This document shows positions 53,190-62,893 of a stretch of DNA of 64,000 nucleotides, piece after piece. The notes under the pieces were generated by a model that saw nothing but the letters and a program-made list of their open reading frames with translations, did no database searches and was not told the DNA's origin. Within the stretch, counting starts at the first letter, position 1, and each line of letters starts with the position of its first letter. The stretch comes from an uncultured archaeon (lineage in GTDB: Archaea > Thermoproteota > Bathyarchaeia > Bathyarchaeales > Bathycorpusculaceae). Made by a program: the position numbers and the translations under genes. The stretch covers positions 1 through 64,000 of the forward strand of contig CAWENF010000018.1 in the NCBI GenBank assembly GCA_963810275.1, read 5' to 3'.

Positions 53190-56073
53190 ATGAGCCAAAC
53201 CAAGCAAATGGAGCAGAAATGGCAAAAGCAGTGGGAATCAGCCCACATCTTCGAAGCAGACCCCGACCCAGCACGCCAAAAAAAACTCGTAACCTTCCCG
53301 TTTCCATATATGAACGGACCCCTACATGTTGGGCACACGTTCACCGCTGCCCGAGTCGACGCTTACGCTCGCTTCAAACGTATGCAGGGCTACAATGTGC
53401 TTTGGCCTTGGAGCTGGCACTGGACTGGACAACCACTTCTGGGCGCTTCCCAACGAGTGTCACGAGGTGACGAAGCATATATCAAGGTGCTTCGAGAAGT
53501 CGATGGCGTCCCCGAATCTGAACTTAAAAAATTTGTTGACCCTCTTTACATGGCTCAATACTACACTAACGAAGGTCGCAAGGCAGTCAAAAGCGTGGGA
53601 TTTAGTGTCGACTGGCGACGTGAATTCACCACGGTTTGGCCAACCTTCCAGAAGTTTGTGGAGTGGCAATACAAAAACCTCAAAGAGAAAGGATACGTCA
53701 CTCGAGGCACGCACCCAGTTGTTTGGTGCCCAAAAGACAAGTCACCAACAGGCGACCACGATCGCCAATCAGGCGAGGGCATAACCCCAGAGGAGTACAC
53801 GCTCATAAAGTACCACCTTAGTGACGGAACCATTCTCCCGGCGGCAACTTTTCGCCCCGAAACCGTCTACGGCATCACCAACATCTGGATAAACCCAGAC
53901 GCCACCTACGTCGAAGCAGACGTCAACGGCGAAACATGGATAATCAGTCAAGAAGCCGCTGAAAAACTGAAAGAACAAGAACGTAAAATCACTGTGAAAC
54001 GAAACTTCAAAGGTGTCGAACTTATCGGCAAAGTTTTCACTAATCCCGTCACCAAGCTGAAATTCCCCATTTTGCCCGGTTGGTTTGTTGACCCTAAAAC
54101 GGCCACGGGCGTAGTTTACAGTGTACCCGCACACGCACCTTACGACTATTTGGCTCTACGTGACCTCCAGCAGAAACCTGACGTGTTAGCTCAGTTTAGT
54201 GTGGATGCGGAGATGGTTAAGGCGATTAAGCCTGTTTCAATAATCAATGTTGAGGGCTTTGGTGAGTGCCCTGCGGGTGAAATTGTAGAGAAGATGGGTA
54301 TAAAAGATCAAAATGACAGCCGAGCTGACGAAGCCACCAAGGAGCTTTACAGAAAGGAGTTCCATAGCGGCACGCTCAAAGCCAATTGCGCCCAGTACGC
54401 TGGCAAAACCATCAGGGAAGCCAAAGATGTATTGACTGCGGATTTCAAGAAGTCGGGCGTCGCCGATTCAATGTATGACCTTTCGGAGCAGGTGGTTTGC
54501 CGTTGCATGACCCAATGCCACGTCAAGGTCCTCTCGGATCAATGGTTCCTTGACTATTCTGACCCAAAATGGAAAGAACTCGCCCATCAAGTTATCTCAC
54601 AACTCACCATTTACCCTGACACTGCGAAGCCATGGTTTAACACCGTCATCAACTGGTTAAGAGAGTGGGCATGCGCCCGCACTACCGGCTTCGGAACGCC
54701 GCTGCCATGGGGAAACGGCTGGATAATCGAAACACTTAGCGACAGCACAGTTTACATGTCCTTTTACACCATAAACAAACACATACGACAAAACAAAATC
54801 AAACCCGAATCACTCACACCGGAAGTCTTTGACTACGTTTTTTATGGCAGAGGCAATGACGCCGAACTCTCAAGAGCAGTAGGAATCCCTTCGAACCTGC
54901 TCAACGCAATGCGGTCTGAGTTTCTGTACTGGTACCCGTTCGACTTACGCAACTCTGCGAAGGAACTGGTGCCAAATCATCTCAGCTTCTGCATTTTTCA
55001 CCATGCCGCCCTCTTCCCGCCTGAGCACTGGCCTAAAGCCATAGGTGTCAACGGAATGCTCATGGTCGAAGGGACAAGGGATGCACAAAAGCAAGGGCAA
55101 CTTTATCACGATGAAAGGTGCAGTGGAGAAGTACGGTGCAGACGCCACCCGATGCGGTTTGCTTTTAGGTGCGGAGGGCATGGATGATCCTGACTGGAGA
55201 GCCGACAACATCAATGATTTAAAATCTAAATTCGACTCCGTCATGGGCTTCGCAGGCACAATAATCACTTCAGCCAAAAAAGCAGAAGACACAGCTCTGG
55301 AACGGTGGCTTACAAGTCGCATGCAACAGCGAACCCAAGAAGTCACCACGGCATTAGAAGAGCTTAAAACACGTACAGCACTTCAGACGGCGCTTTTTGA
55401 AACCTGGAACGACCTACGCTGGTACATTCAACGAAAAGGAAACATCGAAACCATTGTCTTAAGTGAAGCAGTCAAGACTTGGCTTAAACTTTTGGCTCCG
55501 TTTGCTCCGTTTATATGCGAGGAACTTTGGAGCCAAACAGGCGAAGCAGACTTCATCAGCATCGCCAAATGGCCCGTTTTCAACTCCGCCAAAGTTGATG
55601 TTGCAGCTGAGGAGCAAGAAAAATTGGTCACAGACGTTATGAGTGACACTAATAACATCTTAAAAGCCATGAAAATAGCGCCGAACCACATAGTGTACTA
55701 CTCTGCCGCCGACTGGAAATGGCAGGTATACCTCAAAGTCTTAGAAAAAACAATAGCTGGCGAAGCTAAAATCAACGAGTTAATGAAGGAATTTTCCTCC
55801 GACCCCAATCTCAAGTCACACATGAAAGACATTGCTCCCATGGTGCCTCGAGTCATCAAAGCTCTCACCAAAATATCAGTTCAACACAAGACGAACATGG
55901 CAAAAATCGGTGTAGTCAACGAAAAACAAATTCTTGACTGCACTGTAGCTTTCTACAGAGACCGCTTCAACGCAGAAATCAGCGTCTATAGCGAATCTGA
56001 CGAGCAGCGCTTTGACCCCAAACGCCGAGCCGCCATGGCAATGCCATACCAACCCGCAATCTATATTGAATAA
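53190..56073 (+). CDS. leuS: Leucine--tRNA ligase (archaeal type), one frameshift near 55070
   Basis: FPYMNGPLHVGH, DHDR..GEG, ATFRPET, SVPAHAPYD, IETLSDST, KELVPNHL; KMSKS equivalent GMHKSKGN after the shift; terminal PAIYIE. Confidence 0.94.
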
Positions 56074-56193
56074 AATTCTTTTTCTTCTCACGCATTTTAG
56101 CTCCTTCTTTTACTTTATTTAGCATAAAACTGGTGGGCTCTTCGAAGATGCCCTTATATGGCAGACGGCGTATGCAAAGTTAAGTGTGCGCAC

Positions 56194-56745
56194 ATGAATT
56201 TTTGGCGTGACATCCCAACAGGGGACAACCCACCCGAACAGTTGAACATGGTAATCGAAGTTGCATCTGGCAAACGCGACAAGTACGAGTACAGCATCAA
56301 ATGGGAAGCCTTCGTGCTGGACCGAATTATCCCTTCCTCAGTAGTATTCCCTGTCGAGTACGGTTTTGTACCGCAAACATGGTTTGACGATAACGACCCA
56401 CTTGACATTATGGTTTTTAGCTACACACCCTTAACAACTGGATGCATCGTTAAAGTCCGGGTTATAGGTGCTTTAATTATCGAAGACGAGGAAGGTTTAG
56501 ATGCTAAAATCCTCTCGGTGCTGGTTAACGATGCCCGATTTGAAGGTGTGCGGGACATACCGGACATGCATGAGCATAGGCTTGTGGAGATTCAGGAGTT
56601 CTTTGAAACCTACAAGCGCCTCGAACCACACAAATGGGTTAAGGTGCGAGAATGGAAAAACGCTAAGGACGCCAAAAAAATCGTTGAGTACTCCATGGAG
56701 AAGTATCGAGAGTTGACTGAGAAACCGCCTGCAAATCACAAGTAG
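56194..56745 (+). CDS. ppa: Soluble inorganic pyrophosphatase (family I)
   Basis: KYEY, LDR, YGFVPQT..DDNDPLD, DEEGLDAKIL, FFETYKRLE. Confidence 0.93.
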   Translation: MNFWRDIPTGDNPPEQLNMVIEVASGKRDKYEYSIKWEAFVLDRIIPSSVVFPVEYGFVPQTWFDDNDPLDIMVFSYTPLTTGCIVKVRVIGALIIEDEEGLDAKILSVLVNDARFEGVRDIPDMHEHRLVEIQEFFETYKRLEPHKWVKVREWKNAKDAKKIVEYSMEKYRELTEKPPANHK

Positions 56746-56916
56746 ACGACTTATCGTTTGCTACTAGGCGTTAAAGGTAGCAGTGGTTTTTGGCAGGACT
56801 TGTGATAACGCGGACTGTTTTTTAAGTTTAACCTGTATCAAATGGTGCAAATAACACGTTTTTTGTTACAGGTTTGTCGCAAAACTTATAATTTACGTTG
56901 TACTATGGTGTTTATT

Positions 56917-57150
56917 GCGGGACAGGGAGCAAGCTTTAGAAGCAATTCACCAAGCACAGAAGCGCACCAGTAAAAACAGCGAAAAACTGGTATGCGACAA
57001 AAACTTTGCTTAGGTGGGCTGAACCATTGCTTAATGTTGAATCATCGAAACCCTGATGCTCTGGCTATTAAGCAGTATAAGTAGCCTGAAGCGACCAACA
57101 CAAGGTTTAGGTGGGCTGTATTCAGCAATAAGGCTCAGACCTGCCACCGC
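56917..57150 (+). ncRNA. Candidate structured ncRNA, copy 1 (~234 nt), family unknown
   Basis: BRE/TATA CGCAAAACTTATAA ~30 nt upstream; 5'/3' ends pair; stems show compensatory changes relative to copy 2. Confidence 0.7.
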
Positions 57151-57774
57151 TCTCGTTAAGCATGTGGAAAAATATTGGTGCCATGACACCGTTTACTTTC
57201 CACTTTTTTTGTTATCCAAAAAACTCTTGCCTGATATTTTTGTTTTTCTGCGCTAATTTCTATTTTCTCTATGTGCATTTGGCGGAGGTTAGAAATCATA
57301 AGACAACTAAACTGGACTTTTTGACAGGTGATTTTCATGATTCTGACGGAGTGTTGCTGACCGCGTCTCACATTTCAAGCTGCATGGAAACGTAGTTATA
57401 TAACGTGGAAACTTTGAGTGTGCTTTTTCTGCACAAGAGAGAATAGTAATCTAACAAAGCGCAATGTAGATCCGAAATAGCATGGTTCACTAACCAGTCA
57501 ATGCATAAGAAAATATGAGCCTAAGCTGTAAACTGCCCCGCAGTTCTTTGACGCGAATACAACAACATCCTGGCCAAAACAACAGCTATATCCACCGAAA
57601 TATTCTTCTTTTTGAAGAGATTTTCGAGGTGCAGCAATTTACGACTAGCTAAAGCTGGCTGTTTAGTTGGTCTTTTTGTGACTTGGCAGTTTGTCTCAAA
57701 TGGTGCAAACAGCTATAATTTTGTATCCATTGTGTCGGAAAATTTATAGTTTACATCAAACTGTAGGATATATT

Positions 57775-58009
57775 GCGGGACAGGGAGTAAGCTTTAGAAG
57801 CAATGCACTAAGGCACAGAAGCGCACCAGTAAAAACAGCGAAAAACTGGCGTGCAACAAAGACTTTGCCTAAGTGGGCTGAAACATTGCCTAATGCTGAA
57901 ACACTTAGATCCTAAAGCGGAAGGTTAAAAGCAGCGAAATAACCTGAAGCGGCAAAAAAAATGGTTTAGGTGGGCTGTGTTCAGCAATAAGGCTCAGACC
58001 TGATCCCGT
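57775..58009 (+). ncRNA. Candidate structured ncRNA, copy 2 (~235 nt), family unknown
   Basis: BRE/TATA CGGAAAATTTATAG ~30 nt upstream; 5' GCGGGACAGG pairs with 3' CCTGATCCCGT; followed by TTTCTTTC. Confidence 0.72.
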
Positions 58010-58353
58010 TTTCTTTCATCCAACTTTAAGTAAAACCATTTCTTCCTGGCATAGTTCCAAAAGAAGCGAAAATTAAAGTTTAAACAATCTACCTAAACAA
58101 ACCGCCGACTTAACTTTGAGGTTTTTTGGGCAAATCAAAGTTATGCTCACCTCTGCCTTGCACAATTCCTCAGATTGTTTTAACGGGGAAGGTTTGAAGG
58201 TTCGTGCAAACAAACAACACCGCATGCACCGCAGCGTCAGAAAGGAACTCCGCTGCTTCAGTAAGACCGTTTTCCATTTCTTGGAGTCCTCTCGATAACA
58301 ATTTCCAAGTGTTCTCTTGAATAATGAATTGTAATATGTGAACCTTGTAGTGT

Positions 58354-59136
58354 TTATGAGAATTCTTTTTCAACCGTGCTGTTTGAGTAGGGAACAATAA
58401 CGCCTAATCTTTTAATAAACAATAAAATCCTGAAGGAGAGATTTGTAATTTTAGGCTGTCCACTTCTGGGATTGCGTGTTTTGTTACAAAACCATTTTCT
58501 GAAGAGGCATCGAAGCGTTTTAAGAACAGCTACACTGAAAAGTACAAGAAAAACAATATGAGCAATCGCTAACGTTGGCTCGGTGAAGAGCAAAGATTCA
58601 CTAAAGGGGTATCCGACAGTGCTGGGCAAAAGTACGGTGATTATGGGGATTATGAGTACAAGATTTGTCAGGTCAGCTCTAAAGAAGACTTTCCAATCAC
58701 TCGTTTTATACATGACTACCGCAGCGCACAGAAAAAGAAGCATCTCCAAAACAATATTTACTTTATTAAAGATGTCAATGAAGGGTCCTCCTAACTCATA
58801 GAGCCCAAACTGCTGAGTCGTAAAAGGCCACAGAAGCTCAAGCTGTCCCCCCACTATGAAGTCGCCGATGAAGGAGTGTGAAATCAATGCTAAAAAGTAG
58901 GGCACAGCTTTTTTTCGGTAAACTATGAAAAACGGGATAAAAACAAGTAGTGCAAACACGATGGAGTGGGTTGGACCACGGTGGATTTCTACACCTGTTA
59001 AGAAGCCATAGATTATATCTATGTCAGGTAAAATTGAAAGAACCAGCAGCGTAGGTATGTTTATGCTTGTATGTAGAGCCTTTGAAGAGCCCTTGCCTAG
59101 AAGATAGGCGATTGACATATGACCAACAGCAAACAA
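58354..59136 (-). CDS. Membrane-bound metal-dependent hydrolase (YdjM/DUF457-like)
   Basis: AVGH, SILPDID, HRGPTHS, SHSFIGD, LLWP. Confidence 0.85.
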   Translation of the reverse strand: MFAVGHMSIAYLLGKGSSKALHTSINIPTLLVLSILPDIDIIYGFLTGVEIHRGPTHSIVFALLVFIPFFIVYRKKAVPYFLALISHSFIGDFIVGGQLELLWPFTTQQFGLYELGGPFIDIFNKVNIVLEMLLFLCAAVVMYKTSDWKVFFRADLTNLVLIIPIITVLLPSTVGYPFSESLLFTEPTLAIAHIVFLVLFSVAVLKTLRCLFRKWFCNKTRNPRSGQPKITNLSFRILLFIKRLGVIVPYSNSTVEKEFS

Positions 59137-59293
59137 AGCAGCTTTTTCCAGTTAACTTTGATTTATTCCATACAACTTTTTAAAGAATAAGTTTAGCAGA
59201 TATTTTAGGTGAACGCTAGCCGCCAACAATTTTGGTTAACTGGAATAAACTAACGTGCACAAACTCTCTCGATTACAATAAAACAAACTGCGT

Positions 59294-59730
59294 TTAACCC
59301 ATAGCAATTGCTCCCATAATCGCCGTTACAAGGAAACCTAAACCGCAACCAATTGCCAGTAAACGAAATAGACGCTTATCCATTGGAATTCGAGATGCAA
59401 TGCTAGGTGAAGCATATAGCAACTCATAGGTAACTAAAAGAACAAGGGCGGTGATAGCAAGTTAAAGACCGATATCAGAAACTGAAAGGGAAAATTCACG
59501 TCATCCACCTGCATAAAAATGAAGTTTAACAGAAACCGTACTCTGAGCAAAAGTCTTCATTTCAGCAAGAACCACAGCTTTACCCGAAGATTTAGCCAAT
59601 GCAGACGCAACAGCCGAAACCAAGGGGCACCCATTATGCTGGCGCTTTTGGGCTTATGTTCATTGAAGAAGCTGAAATAGATACTGCCAGAAGCTTTGAA
59701 ATCTGCTCCTTGAGGAGTTAGGGTCAAATT
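59294..59730 (-). pseudogene. Remnants of two genes: a C-terminal fragment (GCPLVSAVASALAKSSGKAV) and a small membrane protein with a frameshift and an in-frame stop
   Basis: Minus-strand translation gives ...CPLVSAVASALAKSSGKAVVL...YAGG*, then MNFP / LSVSDIGL*LAITALVLLVTYELL...RLLAIGCGLGFLVTAIMG*. Confidence 0.55.
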
Positions 59731-60061
59731 CCTCTTAAAACAAGTTGAGATTTAAAACCGCATCAATTAGCTAAGTTTTTGGAGTTATTTAAGAGTGTGA
59801 GGATCAATTGCTCTATTTTTGATTAACATCGAGCAGGTACTTCTGTATTTTTTTCGGTTTTTTTCTGGATATCCGGTTTATTTGACATAGAAAAAAACAG
59901 CTTTTTTATAGAAAAAACGAATTTAACCGCGCCATTTAATGATCGGGATTCAATGCAATGGAATTTATTGTGGATTAATAAACATTTAAACGAATTTACG
60001 GTTTAGGTTTGGGCGTTTAATGTTTAAATCCACCTGTGCGCATACTTTTTTGGGATATTTT

Positions 60062-61243
60062 ATGGCGTTATCTACAACTGTTAAAGAGATCTATTCCCAG
60101 CAATTCAACACCGTATTAGAAAACGAAGCAGCCTCAAGATGCCTTGAGGGATTTAAAAAAGGAATGCCGCCTGTGCTGGCGGTACTTGACGACCACGATC
60201 ATTATGTAGGGATGGTTAGTCGCCGCTCAATTCTTAGAACTCGTGTGGATTTAAGCAGAATTAAGGTAAAAACTATAATGAATGTTGCACCAGAAGTTGA
60301 TTTGGGCGACTCTATTAGCCGCGTTGCTAAATTGATGATTGGCAGCGGTGTACGGCAGCTTCCTGTTCTCGATAAAGGTAAAATTGTTGGTTTTGTAACT
60401 GATGAAGCAGTTATCCACACAGTTGTAGGCGACGCATGGGGAAATAACCTCGTCTCGCAGATAATGACTCGAGCTCCACAAACTATGGATTCAAACCGTA
60501 GCGTCGGCGCAGTGCTTGGATTGATGCGTGAGCACGGAATCAGCCACCTGCCAATCATGAAAAATGGCAAACTTGTCGGTTTAATTAGCATCCAAGACAT
60601 ACTATCGAACCTGTATTTCCCGCCAAAGCGCATGGGCAACCAAGATGTTGCAGGCGAGCAAATTGACACGTTAGGTGTAGCTGCTAAAGGCATAATGAGC
60701 CAGCCAGTAATCACGGTGAATCCAGGTATGTCTCTGCTTGAATGTGAAAAACTAATGCATAAACATGACATTTCCTGCCTCTGCGTTGTGGAGGGCGAAA
60801 ACCTTGTCGGCGTTGTTACTAAACTAGACTTCTTGGAACCCATTAGCGAGATGGAGACTCCAGAGCGTCACTTTTCCGTGCAGTTCGGTGTAAAAGACAT
60901 CGAAATTAACCCTGAGCAACAGCAATTTATGATGGCAGAATTTGATTCCTTTACGCATCGTTTCAAAGAGGCTTTCCAGCAGGGGTCACTGTTTGTTTAC
61001 ATTAAAACCCACCGTAACACTAACATGCGCGGTACTCCGATGGTGCATTGCAGACTGCAGTTTAGAACTGTTAAGGGCAGCTTCTTTAGTTCCAGTGAAG
61101 GCTGGGGCGTTGAGCCCACTTTCAAAGTTGCTTTGGACCGTTTAGAGCGTAGATTAGATAGGAGTAAAGAGTTGTTGGCTTATAATCCTAAGTATGCTAG
61201 GGATTACCTGCGTAAAATGGTACCTGAAGAAGGAATAAGTTAA
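60062..61243 (+). CDS. Four-CBS-domain protein with C-terminal HPF/RaiA-like domain (archaeal Hib-like ribosome hibernation factor)
   Basis: CBS repeats (VRQLPV, ISHLPI, ISCLCV); C-terminal LFVYIKTH...HCRLQF...EGWGVEPTFKVALDRLERRL. Confidence 0.75.
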   Translation: MALSTTVKEIYSQQFNTVLENEAASRCLEGFKKGMPPVLAVLDDHDHYVGMVSRRSILRTRVDLSRIKVKTIMNVAPEVDLGDSISRVAKLMIGSGVRQLPVLDKGKIVGFVTDEAVIHTVVGDAWGNNLVSQIMTRAPQTMDSNRSVGAVLGLMREHGISHLPIMKNGKLVGLISIQDILSNLYFPPKRMGNQDVAGEQIDTLGVAAKGIMSQPVITVNPGMSLLECEKLMHKHDISCLCVVEGENLVGVVTKLDFLEPISEMETPERHFSVQFGVKDIEINPEQQQFMMAEFDSFTHRFKEAFQQGSLFVYIKTHRNTNMRGTPMVHCRLQFRTVKGSFFSSSEGWGVEPTFKVALDRLERRLDRSKELLAYNPKYARDYLRKMVPEEGIS

Positions 61244-61342
61244 GCGTTTTTTTACGCTCTTTTTTTATTGCGCTAATTAGTAGCTCCGCCCATTATTTAT
61301 AATAGAAGGGATTTACGTGGTAGAGCTTCAATGATTCTGATT

Positions 61343-62632
61343 CTAGGTTAAGTGGTAGGCTTCTTCGCCGTGCTGGCTCAAATCCAGTCCCTCATCTTCC
61401 TCTTTTGGAGTTACACGCAATGGGGAAAACACATCCACCAGCCGTAGCAGCAGATAAGAACCTGCAAACGCGAACGCTGCAACCACCACAACGGCTAAAG
61501 CTTGAATGCCAAGTTGTGCAGGGTTGCCATCGAATAATCCAGACACTGCAGGGTTAATTGCGGCAGTAGCAAACAAACCAACCGCCACTGCACCGATTAT
61601 GCCGCCCACGCCATGGCAGGCAAAAACATCAAGAGTATCATCGATTCTCGAGCGTCCTGCACGCCAGTTAGCAATCAAATTCGATATTATACCCGCCGCT
61701 AAGCCGATTATGACTGCCGCCATAAAGTTCACGTAGCCCGCTGCAGCGGTAACAGCTGCCATGCCACAAACAGCACCCACCGCTATGCCTATTGCAGATG
61801 GCTTGCCTTTTAGTACCCAATCCAGCAGCATCCAGCTAACAGCTGCAGCTGCAGCCGACAAGTTTGTGGCGATAACCGCTGAAACCGCAATGTTGTCTGC
61901 CGCCAAAGCAGAGCCGCCGTTAAAGCCAAACCACCCAAACCAAAGTAGTCCAGCGCCTAAAATGACGTAGGGTATGTTAGTGGGTTTGAACTCAGTGCCC
62001 ATTGGCGGCATGGAGATTTCTGATTGTTTGTTTAAAGATTTGAGTTGGTCTTTCCAGTAAACGCAGCCTTGACGCCGCCCTACGATTAGTGCAGCCGCCA
62101 ACGCTGACACGCCTGCAGCCACATGCACTACTATGCCTCCCGCGAAGTCGTAAGCGCCCAAAACATGTAGCCAACCGTCAGCGTTCCAGACCCAATGTGC
62201 AATGGGTGAGTAGATAAGCGTGGACCACAAAACAACAAAGATAAGTAGAGATTTGAAGCGGATGCGCTCAGCACATGCACCAATGATTAATGCCGGAGTG
62301 ATAGCGGCAAACTTCAGCTGGAACGCAAAGAAAAGTACTTCGGGGATTGCTGGAGCATAGACTGCGTTTATGTGGTTTATCGAGAGGTTATTTAAACCCA
62401 CAAGGGAGAGGTTGCCGATTAAACCGCCGATACTATCGCTAAATACGAGGCTGTAACCCCAGAAAAACCAGACTAAACTGACAACTGCAAAGATTATTAT
62501 GCACTGCACAAGAGTGGATACGAGATTTTTTCTACGAACCAGGCCACCGTAGAAGAACGCCAACGCTGGGGTCATAAGCATCACCAGAGCGGTTGACATG
62601 AGAAGCCATGCTATGTCGGCTGCGTTTTCCAT
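61343..62632 (-). CDS. amtB: Ammonium transporter (Amt family)
   Basis: LMTPALAFFYGG, FAAITPAL, AERI, DFAGGIVVH, LWFGWFGFNGGS, DDTLDVFACHG, EGLDLSQHGEEAY. Confidence 0.94.
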   Translation of the reverse strand: MENAADIAWLLMSTALVMLMTPALAFFYGGLVRRKNLVSTLVQCIIIFAVVSLVWFFWGYSLVFSDSIGGLIGNLSLVGLNNLSINHINAVYAPAIPEVLFFAFQLKFAAITPALIIGACAERIRFKSLLIFVVLWSTLIYSPIAHWVWNADGWLHVLGAYDFAGGIVVHVAAGVSALAAALIVGRRQGCVYWKDQLKSLNKQSEISMPPMGTEFKPTNIPYVILGAGLLWFGWFGFNGGSALAADNIAVSAVIATNLSAAAAAVSWMLLDWVLKGKPSAIGIAVGAVCGMAAVTAAAGYVNFMAAVIIGLAAGIISNLIANWRAGRSRIDDTLDVFACHGVGGIIGAVAVGLFATAAINPAVSGLFDGNPAQLGIQALAVVVVAAFAFAGSYLLLRLVDVFSPLRVTPKEEDEGLDLSQHGEEAYHLT

Positions 62633-62893
62633 TGTTTCCCCTTTTAGCTGTCGATTGTTCTTTTTTTCTGTTAAAACAGGTATTTAAACTATACATATGC
62701 AACGTTTAAAAAATTAAATTTAGACAAACGTCTATTAGATTAAAAATATTCAACACGATAACACAACAAACAATAGGTTTAAAAGCTATAAATGCAAAAA
62801 CGTCCAAAAATCTACTTTAAAAAAAACACATGTGACCAATACAAAACATCAAAAGACCATTTAATAAAAAAGGGGTAGAAGAATTTAGCCAGC

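Larger units (their letters stand above)
56838..58009 (+). repeat. Diverged direct repeat of a ~313-bp unit (promoter plus RNA) at an 858-bp offset
   Basis: Units 56838-57150 and 57696-58009 share TCAAATGGTGCAAA, the TATA position and long identical blocks. Confidence 0.9.

Noticed and set aside
7483-56073. Numerous frameshifts (P-type ATPase, CARDB protein, DsbD_2, 28.7-kb gene, kinase, giant secreted protein, MFS, leuS) as programmed frameshifting or mass pseudogenisation
   Set aside because: They are single-base indels, often in short homopolymers, some locally compensating, and one is in essential leuS with both halves intact. Sequencing or assembly error is the simplest explanation.
56955-56996. 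Resemblance of ACAGAAGCGCACCAG...AAACA...CUGGUA to the hairpin ribozyme
   Set aside because: Helix 4, the GUAUAUUAC loop-B strand and the N|GUC cleavage strand are missing, and arm B does not keep the pattern.
57056-57915. ORFs 57056..57256, 57156..57371, 57162..57395 and 57691..57915
   Set aside because: Reading frames are not conserved between the two repeat copies (indels, stops) and have no recognisable motifs; RNA-level conservation explains the sequence better.
56917-58009. The RNA pair as RNase P RNA, cobalamin riboswitch or C/D guide RNA
   Set aside because: Only fragments match (ACAGAA, GGCUCA, AGACCUGCC, CUGA). There is no P2/P3 or GAGGAAAGUCC context and no B12 core, and the would-be C/D guide segments are base-paired internally.
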